This document shows, one piece after another, positions 1-9,777 of a stretch of 64,000 nt of DNA. The position numbers were made by a program, and so were the translations under genes. The notes below the pieces were generated by a model. That model did no database searches. It was given only the letters and a program-made list of their open reading frames with translations, and was not told the origin of the DNA. Every line of letters begins with the position of its first letter. Positions within the stretch are counted from its first letter, which is position 1. Source of the stretch: an uncultured Planctomycetaceae bacterium (GTDB lineage Bacteria > Planctomycetota > Planctomycetia > Isosphaerales > Isosphaeraceae); contig CAWIAD010000001.1 in assembly GCA_963833985.1 (NCBI GenBank), forward strand, positions 2,624,001-2,688,000, in the 5' to 3' direction.

Positions 1-492
1 AGGTCAGCGAAGACCCCTGGCAAGAACACGGAAGTCCGTCGGTCAGAGTACCCGCTTCTTGTACCTGATTTGCCGGCTCATGCGGAAGAAAAAAGCGGCC
101 AGGCCCTCACTTTCTCCTTGAGAGAGCCTCGCCCTGGCCCTGGCACGGAAAGGGTAGCGAGCTCCGCCGCGATCTGAAGCTTCGTGATCCCGGGAACCTG
201 AGGATGCTCCGCCATGGCGGCTCTCGCGATAGCGGACGGGGTCCCTTCGGGCTGACACTACAAAACCATGGAGCAAGAAATCAACCGTTCATGAGGGGAT
301 TTCGCGTGTTGGTTAGATAGAGAGAGTGCAGGTCAAGCAGATTGGTTCCAAGACACCACCTCCGGCGCCGGGGCGGCGCTCGGGTCGCGTACACCTCCGG
401 GCCTTCACATCGATCCGCCACCATCGGCGATCGACGCGCATCGCCTCCGCGCTCAGGGCGGCACTTCAACGATTCAGGGAGTGATTAACACC

Positions 493-3400
493 ATGAATTC
501 ACCTCTATGGCTACACTGGACACGCAGCGCCGGGAATGCACTCAGAAGGCGCGGAAGCGGAGGACGGGCCAGGCGCATGCGGCAGCGGACACTGCTGGCC
601 GATGCGCTCGAGGAGCGCCAGCTTCTGACCGTTCCGCTGGTGACCGATCACGGCGGGAGCGTGCTTCAGAACATCCAGGTGGAAACGGTCTACTGGAACT
701 GGAACACGCCGGCCCTGAAAACGATGGCCACGCAGCTCAACACGTTCGTCGGCGACGTGACCAATAGCGCTTACTGGAGCGACCTGGCTCAGTACAACGT
801 GAATTCGGGAAGCTGGGCGGGCGAGTATGACATCGCCGGTGCTCCACCGTTGTCGAAGCTGGGACTTGGAAACATCCAGGTGACCACGAACGCCGATGTC
901 GAGGCCGCGCTCGTGGCCAACCTGGGGAAGAAGGACGCCAACGGCAACGTCCTGCCCAAGCCCGACCCCAAGAGCACGCTCTACCTCGTTTTCCTGCCTC
1001 CCGGAGACCCGTTCAACTACACCGACGGCACTGGGACCTTCACCGTCGCGGCCAGCTACAGCGTTCCCAGGACGAAACCGGCGTGGACTGTTTTCGGCGG
1101 CCAACATGCCTGGAACACGGCGAACAACTTTGCCTACGCGGTGATCGAGTATCCCGGACCGGTCGGCAGGGGGTTCTCAAACTTCATGAGCGAGGACGCC
1201 CCGACGGTGCTCAGCTTCCTGACAGTGGTCTCCTCGCACGAACTGGTCGAGTCGGCGACCGACGCCGAGGCCTATGTCAACGCCAACAGAACGGCCACCG
1301 GCTTCGGCTGGTACTTTTCGCCCCCGGCGCGGGCCCCGGCTATACCGGCGGCGGCACCGAGATCGGCGACCCGCTCGCGGGCCAGGATGTCTGGGAGACG
1401 ATGGCGAACTTCAAAGACGCCACGAAGTCCGACACCTGGTTCGTGCAGCTCTACTGGTCAAACTTCATTCCCATCTCGAACGACCCGCACAACTGGCCGC
1501 TGGTCGTGGCGCGGCAGCCGTCGATCTTCCTGCCCGGCAACCCTTCGCTGAACACTGGCCCACCCCCGCGGCCCACGCCGCCGGCACAACCGCCCCTGCC
1601 CAACACGAACAGCCCGCCGCCACCGCAACCGCCCCATAGCCCGGGGGTGCCGGGCGGCCCCAGCTTCGTCCAGCCAGTCATCTTGGCCAATCCCGCCAAC
1701 CCCAGCAACCTGGCCGTCGCATCGCAGAACGGCGTGGCCGTCTCTACCGACGGCGGCGCAAGCTGGAGCCCTCTGATTCCCTTCCCGTCCGCTTCGGGCG
1801 GCGATTCCAGCCTGGTCTTCAGCAAGAAGGGCGTCCTTTACTGGTCGTACCTGGACCCGACGAACGCCGGCATCACCATCGTGACGCTCAATCCTCGGAA
1901 CGGAGCGGTCACAGCCGGACCTTTCACGGTCGATGCGCCTCCCTCAGGCTCGTCCGATGTCCAGCAGGACCTTGCCGCCGACAACCCCCAGGGAAACCCG
2001 CAAAGCAACAACCTCGCCATCGTCTGGACCCAGCTTGGCCCATCCGGCAGCTCGAAGATTCTGCTGTCGATCTCCACCAACCTGGGCAAGACATGGCTGG
2101 CGCCCGTGACGGTCGCCGCGTCGTCCGGCGGCAATTCGCCCACCTACTATTACGGCGCGACGGTCACCTTCGCGCCCAACGGCGCGCTCTATGTGGCCTA
2201 CCATGCACAGCCCGGCTACGCCGTGGCCGGTGACGGGGGAATCGTGCCCGATGGCAAGAGCGGCCAGACCCTGGCGGCCGTGTTCACCTACAACAGCACG
2301 ACCCATCAGCTCAGCCAGCAAGGAACGACCATCACCGCGCTGGGCGCTGGCCAGAGCGACATCACGTTCAACGACCAGTCGGGCAGCCGCAAGATTTCTG
2401 GCACGACCTTCCTGACTCAGGGTTCCGTGATACCCCAGGTACTGGTGGACCCCACCCGGCCGGGCGTCTTCTACGTGGTGACCGTGACCGACCCCGATGC
2501 CGGCACGGCCAACCCGCCCACCTCCGAGGTGGTCATCGCCACGCTCACACAGGCATCCAGCGGTACCTGGAGCGAGACAACTTCGACCATCGCCCCGCCG
2601 TCGATGAACTCGATCTTCCAGCTCTTCCCCACGGCATCGATTGACGCGGTCGGCGATATCGTCGTGAGCTGGTACACGAACCAGAGCCAGGTGAAGAACT
2701 CTGCCGGCGATTACTTGCTGGACACCGAGGCGACGTACAGCACGGACGGAGCACTCACCTGGGCCAAACCCTTCGCGCTCGACTCCCAGCCATTCGATCC
2801 CGACGCGGGCGCGGCCAAGGTGCTGAACGGGCCGCCCCCGACCACCGGAATCGGCAACTCCTTTAGCCTGGCCATCGACGGCACCATGGTCTTCGTCGCA
2901 AGCGATGCGAACACCTTCACCGGCACCACTCCCACGGGCCAGCAAGTGGCCATCGAGTCGTTCGCCATGCCCGGCACGCTGGTGATCCCCACCAGCTTGG
3001 GCAACAACACCTACACGATCCGGCAGACGTCCAGCAGCTCGAACGTCGACGAGGTGCTGGTGAACAACGTGGTCGTGGCCATCGCTCCTCTGGCGAGCCT
3101 TTCCGGAGGGATCACCATCGGCGTGAGCTTCAGCGTCGACGGTCCCAATTCCGAGTCTCCGCCCGCGGTCGAGAACGATACGCTGGTGATCAACTACAGC
3201 AACGGCGACCCGGTCCCGACCGGCGGCGTATCCTTCAACGGCGCAGCGGGAGGTACGAACCTCATCAAGGTGAACGCCGACGGCAGCGAGACGCTGAGCG
3301 ATGCCAGCCTCACGATCACGGTCGCGAACTCCAGCACGACCGACACGATCACGCTCTCCAACGTGAACGCCGCGCAGTTGACCGGAGGCCCCAGCAACAA

Positions 3401-3995
3401 TACCTACACCCTGAGCAGCTGGAGCGGAACCACAACGATCGCCGGCGGCACCGGCAGCAATGCACTTGCCCTGGCGTCCGGCACCGTGCAGGTCTCGAGC
3501 CTGGCGGTCTCCAACGTGCAGTCGCTGACCGTCTCCGGCGGCACCTTTGACGTCAACGCGAACTTCAGCAGCATCGCGGCGGTCAGCGTGCAGAGCGCTG
3601 CCACCCTGGAGCTCGATAACGGCGTCACGCTCACAACCGGGGTGACGAACGCCGGCACGCTTGTGCTGGGAAGCGGCAGCGCCACCGCGGCCGCCACGAT
3701 CGCCGGCAGCTACACGCAGACGACCTCCGGCATCCTCGACATCAAGCTCGGCGGCACGGCGCCCGGCCAGTTCGATGCACTCGACATCACCGGCAACGTC
3801 TCGCTGGCCGGCACGCTCGACGTCACGCTGGTGAACGCCTTCACCCCCACGGCCGGAGATTCGTTCCAGATCCTCACGTTCCTGGGGGCACTCACGGGCG
3901 ACTTCAGCACCAGGAACTTCCCCACGCTGGGGGGAGGCAACATGTTCACCAGCACCTCCGGCAGTGGCAAGTACACCCTTTCGGTCATCGCCTGA
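493..3995 (+). CDS. Large secreted planctomycete protein: LEPR-XLL-like leader, Phi-1/EXORDIUM-like HE-motif domain, Pro-rich linker, BNR/Asp-box sialidase-like propeller, beta-strand-rich C-terminus; split by one frameshift near 1325
   Basis: ORF 481-1551 gives 'ADALEERQLLT' and 'HGGSVLQNIQVETVYW...SHELVESATD...GWY'. ORF 1083-3995 continues with 'GTEIGDP', Asp-boxes STDGGASW, STNLGKTW, STDGALTW, and ends 'GDSFQILTF...GDFS'. Confidence 0.8.
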
Positions 3996-4139
3996 GATGG
4001 AAGGTTTTTCATGCAAAACCCTCTGGCGAGGCGGTTGACTGCGCGCGGCCGGCGCGCTAACGTCAGGCCGCTCCCTGAGGCGTTTTGAGGGATCCTGTCC
4101 GACCAGTTTCCGACAATTCCTCCTGTCAGGAGCTTGTCC

Positions 4140-4847
4140 ATGTTACGCAAGAGCGCCCGGATTTTGCTCGTCACCGCAGCATTGGCGTCCCTGCTGGGCT
4201 GCCTCGGTGCGGCACGAGCTTCCTCGCTGCTGTACAACCAGGCATATGACGGTTCCAGCCCTGCCGTACCGTCGCAGGTCTTCACCGATACTTCACCCCC
4301 CTACTCGAACTGGTCCACGAAGGCCTTCGATGACTTCACCGTGACCGGTGGCGGCTGGCTCATCCAGGCCGCGACGTTCTATGGCCAGGAGCAGGGCGAC
4401 CCGACACAGAACGTGTCGATCAATCTTCAGTTCCAGTCGACACCCCTGCCCGAATTCAGCAACACCAACTTGACCATCACGGGAGGAACCGAGGCAGCAA
4501 ACGGTAACTTGTCGTTCAACGGACTGAGCTTCTACCTGGCGCCCGGCACCTACTGGATCACTTCCTGGGTGGACCGTCCCGAGTTGCCCACCGGCGGTCA
4601 GTGGTTCTGGGACACCACCAATCCGGGGAACCCCATCGGCAGCGAGTTCTACATTCAGAACCCGGGAGGAGCCCTCATCCCCGGTGCAACGTCCGCGGTT
4701 CCAGGAAGCAGTGTGCTGGGCATCCCATCCTCGGACCTGGCGTTCTCGCTCTACGGCGTGGCGGTTCCGGAGCCGTCGAGCGTGCTGCTGCTGGCCGTGG
4801 GCGGGGCAGGGGCCCTGGTGCTGGCCCGGCGCGGCCGCATGCGTTAG
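4140..4847 (+). CDS. PEP-CTERM sorting-domain protein
   Basis: N-terminal signal peptide; C-terminal VPEPSSVLLLAVGGAGALVLARRGRMR; AGGAG upstream of ATG 4140. Confidence 0.93.
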   Translation: MLRKSARILLVTAALASLLGCLGAARASSLLYNQAYDGSSPAVPSQVFTDTSPPYSNWSTKAFDDFTVTGGGWLIQAATFYGQEQGDPTQNVSINLQFQSTPLPEFSNTNLTITGGTEAANGNLSFNGLSFYLAPGTYWITSWVDRPELPTGGQWFWDTTNPGNPIGSEFYIQNPGGALIPGATSAVPGSSVLGIPSSDLAFSLYGVAVPEPSSVLLLAVGGAGALVLARRGRMR

Positions 4848-5967
4848 CTGCCCGGAATGTACAGGCAATCCGGCTCGGCCGCGTACGGGTTGCCGGTCAC
4901 GTTGTAAGCGCGGCGCGGCTGCCTCCGCAGAGGTTGCGATACTCGCAGTACCCGCACTTGCCCACAAAACTGTCCGGCGTACGAAGACGCCGGAAGATCG
5001 GCGATCGCTGATACACATCGACGACATCATTGAACGGGAACATGCCGCAGACCAGCGGCATGAACCCGCTCGGGTGGATCAGCCCGGCGTTACTGACGAA
5101 CATCACGCCCTTGCCGTCGTTGATGCCCATGCTGAGGTATCGCGGTACGGCGCCCTGGGGGTGCGACGCAGCCCTTGACCCGGCTGACGAGCCATGCCGC
5201 GACTGCACCCGCTTTCGCGCCACGAACCGGCGATAATGCATGGCCTCGGTGGTCTTGATGCCGTACGGCTGGCGGAGCGATTGCAGGTAAAGCCGCTCGA
5301 ACGCCTCTTCGCACTGGGCGGGCCGCAGCCGCAAGACCGCGGTGGCCCGGCCCACCGGCACGATGAAGAAAACGGACCAGAGGACGATCTGGAATCTGGC
5401 CAGCATCTCGGCCATCGCCTCGATCTGCTCGAAGTTGTCCGGGTGGAGCGTGGTGTTCACCTGCAAGGCGATGCCCAGGTAGCGGGCGTCTTCCATGATC
5501 CTCTGGGTCTGTGCAAAGCTGCCGGAGACTCCCCGCATCCGGTCGTGGGTGGCGGCATCGGCACCATCAATGCTCACCGCCATCCGGTTGATGCCCGCGT
5601 GCTGAAGCCGGGCGATGGCCTCGGTGGTCACCAGCGGCGTCGGCGAGGGTGTGATCGCTGTCTCCAGCCCTCGCTCCCGGGAGTGAGCAATCAGCTCGTA
5701 AATGTCGCCCCGCTTGAGCGGGTCACCCCCCGTGAGCACCAGCATCGGCTGCACCGGAAACCGCGTGATCTGGTCGATGAGCAACCGCGCTTGCGCGGTC
5801 GTCAGCTCGCTGGCATCGGGCCGGGGCTGTGCCGAAGCCCGGCAGTGCAGACAGACCAGGTCGCACGCCCGGGTCACCTCGTAGAATACGATCAGCGGGC
5901 TGGTGTCGAAGTCACGCTCCGCCCAGCTTCCCGCTGGCCGCGCCCGTCCGGCCCCATTTGCGTCCAC
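4844..5967 (-). CDS. Radical SAM/SPASM protein, TIGR04053/AhbD-NirJ-like (heme pathway); 1-nt frameshift near 4905
   Basis: CDLVCLHC motif, LTGGDPL, SPASM-type GKCGYCEYRNLCGGSRA. Adding one base gives RAYNVTGNPYAAEPDCLYIPGS-TAA ending at 4844. Start taken as GTG 5967 after GGGAG (uncertain). Confidence 0.85.
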
Positions 5968-6002
5968 AGCGGTCACTCCCGCAAACCCAGCTTCGGGTGT
6001 CT

Positions 6003-6059
6003 TGTCCAATCTTGACGAAAATGGACAATCATGTCCACAATATAACGATCCCCTGGACA
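6003..6059. promoter_or_regulatory. Divergent promoter region with four TGGACA/TGTCCA hexamers (candidate operator)
   Basis: TGTCCA 6003-6008, TGGACA 6022-6027, TGTCCA 6032-6037, TGGACA 6054-6059; TTGACG at 6012 and CACAAT/TATAAC at 6036-6046. Confidence 0.55.
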
Positions 6060-6088
6060 CCGGTCAACAGCATGCCGTGGTCGAGTTG

Positions 6089-7600
6089 ATGCCTGACGGA
6101 ACCTGGACATCGAAGCCGCTTTCCAGAACCGGCAGCGGGCCGCTCGAGGAGAACGGCGGCCGCACGCGCGTGGCGGTCATCGGCGGCGGCGTGACGGGGC
6201 TGGCGGCCGCGTTCCGGCTGCGCGAGCTGGCGCCGGCCGCGCACGTGCTCGTGCTGGAGGCGGGGCCACGGCCCGGCGGTGTGCTGCGGACGCTGCGGCG
6301 CGACGGATTCCTCATCGAGGAAAGCGCGGACAGCTTCCTGACGGCGCTGCCGCACGGTCTGGGGCTCTGCCGGCGCCTTGGGCTGGAAGAGCAGGTCATC
6401 CCCACCAGCACGTCGGGAAGGCGCGCGTTCGTGGTGTCGCGGGGCCGGCTCGTGCCCATACCGGACGGCCTCATGATCATGGCCCCCAGCCGGCTCTGGC
6501 CCATTCTCACCACGCCCATCCTCGGGCCCTGGGAAAAGCTGCGCATGGGGCTGGAACTGCTGGTGCCGCGCAGCGCGGGCGATCGCGACGAGAGCCTGGC
6601 CGCGTTTGCGCCGGCGCTTTGGCCGCGGCGCGTACGCCCGGCTCATCCAGCCCCTGCTGGGCGGCATGTACACCGGCGATCCCGAGCAGCTCAGCGTGCG
6701 GGCGACGATGCCCAGGTTCATGGATATGGAACGCTCCCATGGCAGCCTGATCCGGGCGTCACTACAAGCCCGAGGCGCCTCGGGCCAAGGCCGCCAGGCT
6801 GGCAGCGGCGCGCGGTACGGCCTCTTCGCGGGCCTCCGCGACGGCATGTCGAGCCTTCCCGATGCGCTGGCGCGGCGCTTCCGGAAGACACGATTCGCGT
6901 CGGCTTCCCTGCGGAGCTCCTGGAGCGAAGTGCCGATGGCCGCTGGAACATTCAGGGCAGCCTGGCCGGTGAGCCCGCATCCTGGACCGCCGACGCCGTG
7001 ATCATTGCCACACCGGCCGCGGCCGCCTCCCGCCTGATGGCCACGCTGGACCAGGCGGTGGCCGCGGCGCTCGCGGAGATCGAGTCCACTTCCTGTGCCA
7101 TCGTCTCGCTGGGCTACCGCCGGGACCAGATCGCGCATCGCCTGGACGGCTTCGGCTTCGTGGTGCCCCGGGTCGAGAATCGCCCGATCCTCTCCGGCAG
7201 CTTCTCGAGCGTGAAGTTCCCCGGGCGCGCGCCCGACGGAATGGTCCTGCTCCGCGTGTTTCTGGGAGGGGCGTTCGACGCGGGCGTGCTCGACCGGGAC
7301 GACGACGAGCTTGCCGGTCGGGCAATGGCTGGGCTCTCCAGCCTGCTGGGCATCAGCGGTGAGCCGCTCGTCCGCCATGTCAGCCGCTGGCCGAGCGTGA
7401 TGCCCCAGTATGCGCTCGGGCACCTGGAGCGGGTGCGGAGCATCGAGGAGCGGGTTGCCGCGATTCCCGGTCTGGCGATTGCCGGCAACGCCTACCACGG
7501 AGTCGGCGTACCCCAGTGCATCGCCAGCGGCGAGCAGGCCGCGGAACGGACGGTCGAATCCTTGAAACGGTATCGGCATCAGGAGCCGTCATCGCAGTGA
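6089..7600 (+). CDS. hemY: Proto/coproporphyrinogen oxidase HemY (CgoX); two compensating frameshifts (~6610, ~6870)
   Basis: VAVIGGGVTGLAAA FAD motif; segment 'FGRGAYARLIQPLLGGMYTGDPEQLS' lies in the alternate frame 6606-7001; C-terminal MPQYALGH...GNAYHGVGVPQCI. Confidence 0.92.
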   Translation: MPDGTWTSKPLSRTGSGPLEENGGRTRVAVIGGGVTGLAAAFRLRELAPAAHVLVLEAGPRPGGVLRTLRRDGFLIEESADSFLTALPHGLGLCRRLGLEEQVIPTSTSGRRAFVVSRGRLVPIPDGLMIMAPSRLWPILTTPILGPWEKLRMGLELLVPRSAGDRDESLAAFAPALWPRRVRPAHPAPAGRHVHRRSRAAQRAGDDAQVHGYGTLPWQPDPGVTTSPRRLGPRPPGWQRRAVRPLRGPPRRHVEPSRCAGAALPEDTIRVGFPAELLERSADGRWNIQGSLAGEPASWTADAVIIATPAAAASRLMATLDQAVAAALAEIESTSCAIVSLGYRRDQIAHRLDGFGFVVPRVENRPILSGSFSSVKFPGRAPDGMVLLRVFLGGAFDAGVLDRDDDELAGRAMAGLSSLLGISGEPLVRHVSRWPSVMPQYALGHLERVRSIEERVAAIPGLAIAGNAYHGVGVPQCIASGEQAAERTVESLKRYRHQEPSSQ

Positions 7601-8017
7601 AACGCGCTGATGACGGTCCGCGGGACCGATCAAGAACTCAGCGCCCATTCCGATCGTGCGACGAAAGCAATGCCCGGTATCTCTTTCGTCGAGTCTCTTC
7701 CTACCAGAGGCGCAAAACCATCTCCTGTTCTGTATCGTTCCACCGACGAGCGACGCAGTCTGGAATTCTGTTCCTCGTCTCGATCGAGCGAGGAATAGAT
7801 GCCGGTTTCGAGACCGTGGTGCTTTGCTGTCTATCGTGAGCCAGCCTGGAGATGCTCCGTGCCAGCGCCTTGCGCCCCCTGTCGGCAGGACGCATTGGCG
7901 TCGTCGGCGCAAATTCACTTCGGTACCGTCGGACCGAAGCGCGCGAGCCCCACGTGAAGGGTCGGTCCGATCGGACCCAGGGAAGGAGTGTCTGCGCGGT
8001 CGGGGGGACTCAATAAC

Positions 8018-8047
8018 TTGACAGCTGCCGGATCATCACCTTACAAC
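8018..8047 (+). promoter_or_regulatory. Candidate sigma70 promoter for the lactonase gene
   Basis: TTGACA 8018-8023, 18 nt, TACAAC 8042-8047. Confidence 0.4.
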
Positions 8048-8184
8048 GATCAGGGAGCGCAGTTGACCCAGTTCGTTTCACACGTCCGCGAGAGGACCGA
8101 TGCAGTGGCAGACGTCCCAGGGCTCCCAGTCAGGTCGGAGCAGCACTCCTGCGGCCTCGGTCGGACCGAAGGGATGGTCCTCGC

Positions 8185-9033
8185 ATGAGAGTAACAATTT
8201 GGTCGTTGCTCACCCTGGCGCTGACCGGCCCACTCGCCGGGGCGCAGGCGGCCGAACCGCCTGTTTATGAGGTGTATGCTGTCCGGTATGGCACGTGTCC
8301 CGGCTGTCCAGTCTCTTTCCTTGTGCAGGGGGCCGAACCGCAGCGGAAAGTCGATCTCGCCATGACTTTCTGGGTACTGAAAGGCCCAGACGGGCGGACG
8401 GTCCTGGTCGATGCCGGGTTCTACCGGCCGCAGTACTTCAAAGACTTCGAAGGGATCGCCGACTACACTCGACCCGACCGGGCGGTCGAGCGACTCGGGA
8501 TCAGGCCGGAAGAGGTCACCGACGTCATCGTCACGCACATGCACTCGGATCACTTCGATGGTGTCGATTTGTTTCCGAAGGCAACGGTCTGGATCCAGAA
8601 AGATGAGTTCAATCATTACACGCGCGAGGTCAAGCCGCCGTCCGCCAAAGCCGCGCCGACCGAGCTGGATGACGTCTCGGCCCTGATGAAGCTGAACACC
8701 GAGGGCCGTGTTCGTCTGGTCGACGGCGACGCCAGGGAGATCATACCCGGAGTGACGGTTTACACCGGAGGGAAGCACACGTTCGCGTCGCAGTACGTGG
8801 GCGTAAATACGAAGTCGGGCCGCATGGTTGTGGCGTCGGACAACGTCTATCTGTACGAGAACCTCGACAAGCATGTGCCGATCACTGCTACGCTCGATGC
8901 CAAGTCCAACCTGGCTGCGCAGGACCGGATGAGGAAGCTGGCCGCGGGCCCGCGGTTGATCATCCCGGGCCATGACCCGGAAGTGTTCGCTCGGTTCCCG
9001 AAGCCGGGCAACGGCGTGGCGCGGTTGGATTGA
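8185..9033 (+). CDS. Secreted metallo-beta-lactamase-fold hydrolase, N-acyl-homoserine lactonase family
   Basis: Signal peptide; LVDAG, THMHSDH, KHT, ASD and PGHD metal-ligand motifs. Confidence 0.88.
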   Translation: MRVTIWSLLTLALTGPLAGAQAAEPPVYEVYAVRYGTCPGCPVSFLVQGAEPQRKVDLAMTFWVLKGPDGRTVLVDAGFYRPQYFKDFEGIADYTRPDRAVERLGIRPEEVTDVIVTHMHSDHFDGVDLFPKATVWIQKDEFNHYTREVKPPSAKAAPTELDDVSALMKLNTEGRVRLVDGDAREIIPGVTVYTGGKHTFASQYVGVNTKSGRMVVASDNVYLYENLDKHVPITATLDAKSNLAAQDRMRKLAAGPRLIIPGHDPEVFARFPKPGNGVARLD

Positions 9034-9399
9034 CGCGCGGCGTAGCCGTCGATGGGGGGTGATAGGGCGGAATCGGGCTACAGCGCCTGTGAACAGGACG
9101 CCGCCCGTACGGGGCGGGATTCGGCCTCGGAATCCTGGAGGCGAGCAACTCCAGCGAACGATCGCACCCGGCAGGATCGCCACGACGGATCACGCGCATT
9201 CGACCTCGGAGCAGACGGCCCGGCGACTGCTCCCTGCGTTGGGACGAGATACTCGCGGAGGCGAGTCCATGGTCGAGCGCTGGCTGATGTCGCTGGCGCT
9301 GGTGCTTTGAATCATAGCTGTCGCCGTTGCGTGCTTCGGTCGGATCGGCCGAAGCTATCATCCCCGGCTGCCCTTCCGTTTCTTTCAAGCGCGATTCCG

Positions 9400-9635
9400 G
9401 GGACCACTTGAGTCAGGCGCTTGGTGTCATTGTCCCGATCGGGCGTTCTCCACGATGTGAGCTGTTTCCGCAGTGAGAGGCGGGGACTCTTAACCCTGCC
9501 TTGAACCTGTATGGCCTAGGTGCCAGACCGTACAAGCGGCTGGCTCCATACCATGTGGCCTCGTGTTGCTCTGGCGCTAGTTTGCTGAGCGGTCTGGTTC
9601 AAGCTCCCCACGGCCGTACAGAGCCCATAAGCTCA
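9400..9635 (-). ncRNA. Structured non-coding element resembling an IS110-family non-coding end (bridge/seek-RNA-like), no transposase attached
   Basis: Nested stems 9500-9507/9596-9603, 9525-9530/9590-9595, 9535-9538/9575-9578; crossing pair 9509-9514/9546-9551; hairpins 9479-9500, 9434-9443, 9621-9634. Family resemblance is from recall and is unverified. Confidence 0.55.
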
Positions 9636-9777
9636 ATCGACACAGGGAGATTACCTTCACGCAATGGTTCGGTCGGTTTCTAGACGGAATAAGAGGGCCT
9701 TCGCCGATCTCATCAGCAAAGAGAGGCGTCGAGACCCGTTTCTGCTCTTGATGACACGATCCCACAGCCGGAGACGC

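Noticed and set aside
1..480. Short ORFs 43-276 and 281-469
   Set aside because: No recognisable motifs or ribosome-binding sites; probably upstream intergenic DNA.
1944..4016. Long antisense ORFs (also 37998-40001, 55876-57912, 6029-7579, 21016-22428)
   Set aside because: Shadow frames of well-supported genes in high-GC DNA, with no motifs.
9470..9615. 6S RNA (CTTGAACC/GGTTCAAG and GGCACC motifs)
   Set aside because: The pairing is branched with a crossing helix rather than one long rod, and the usual zapA/ygfA/rny context is absent. Disfavoured, but not excluded without an Rfam scan.
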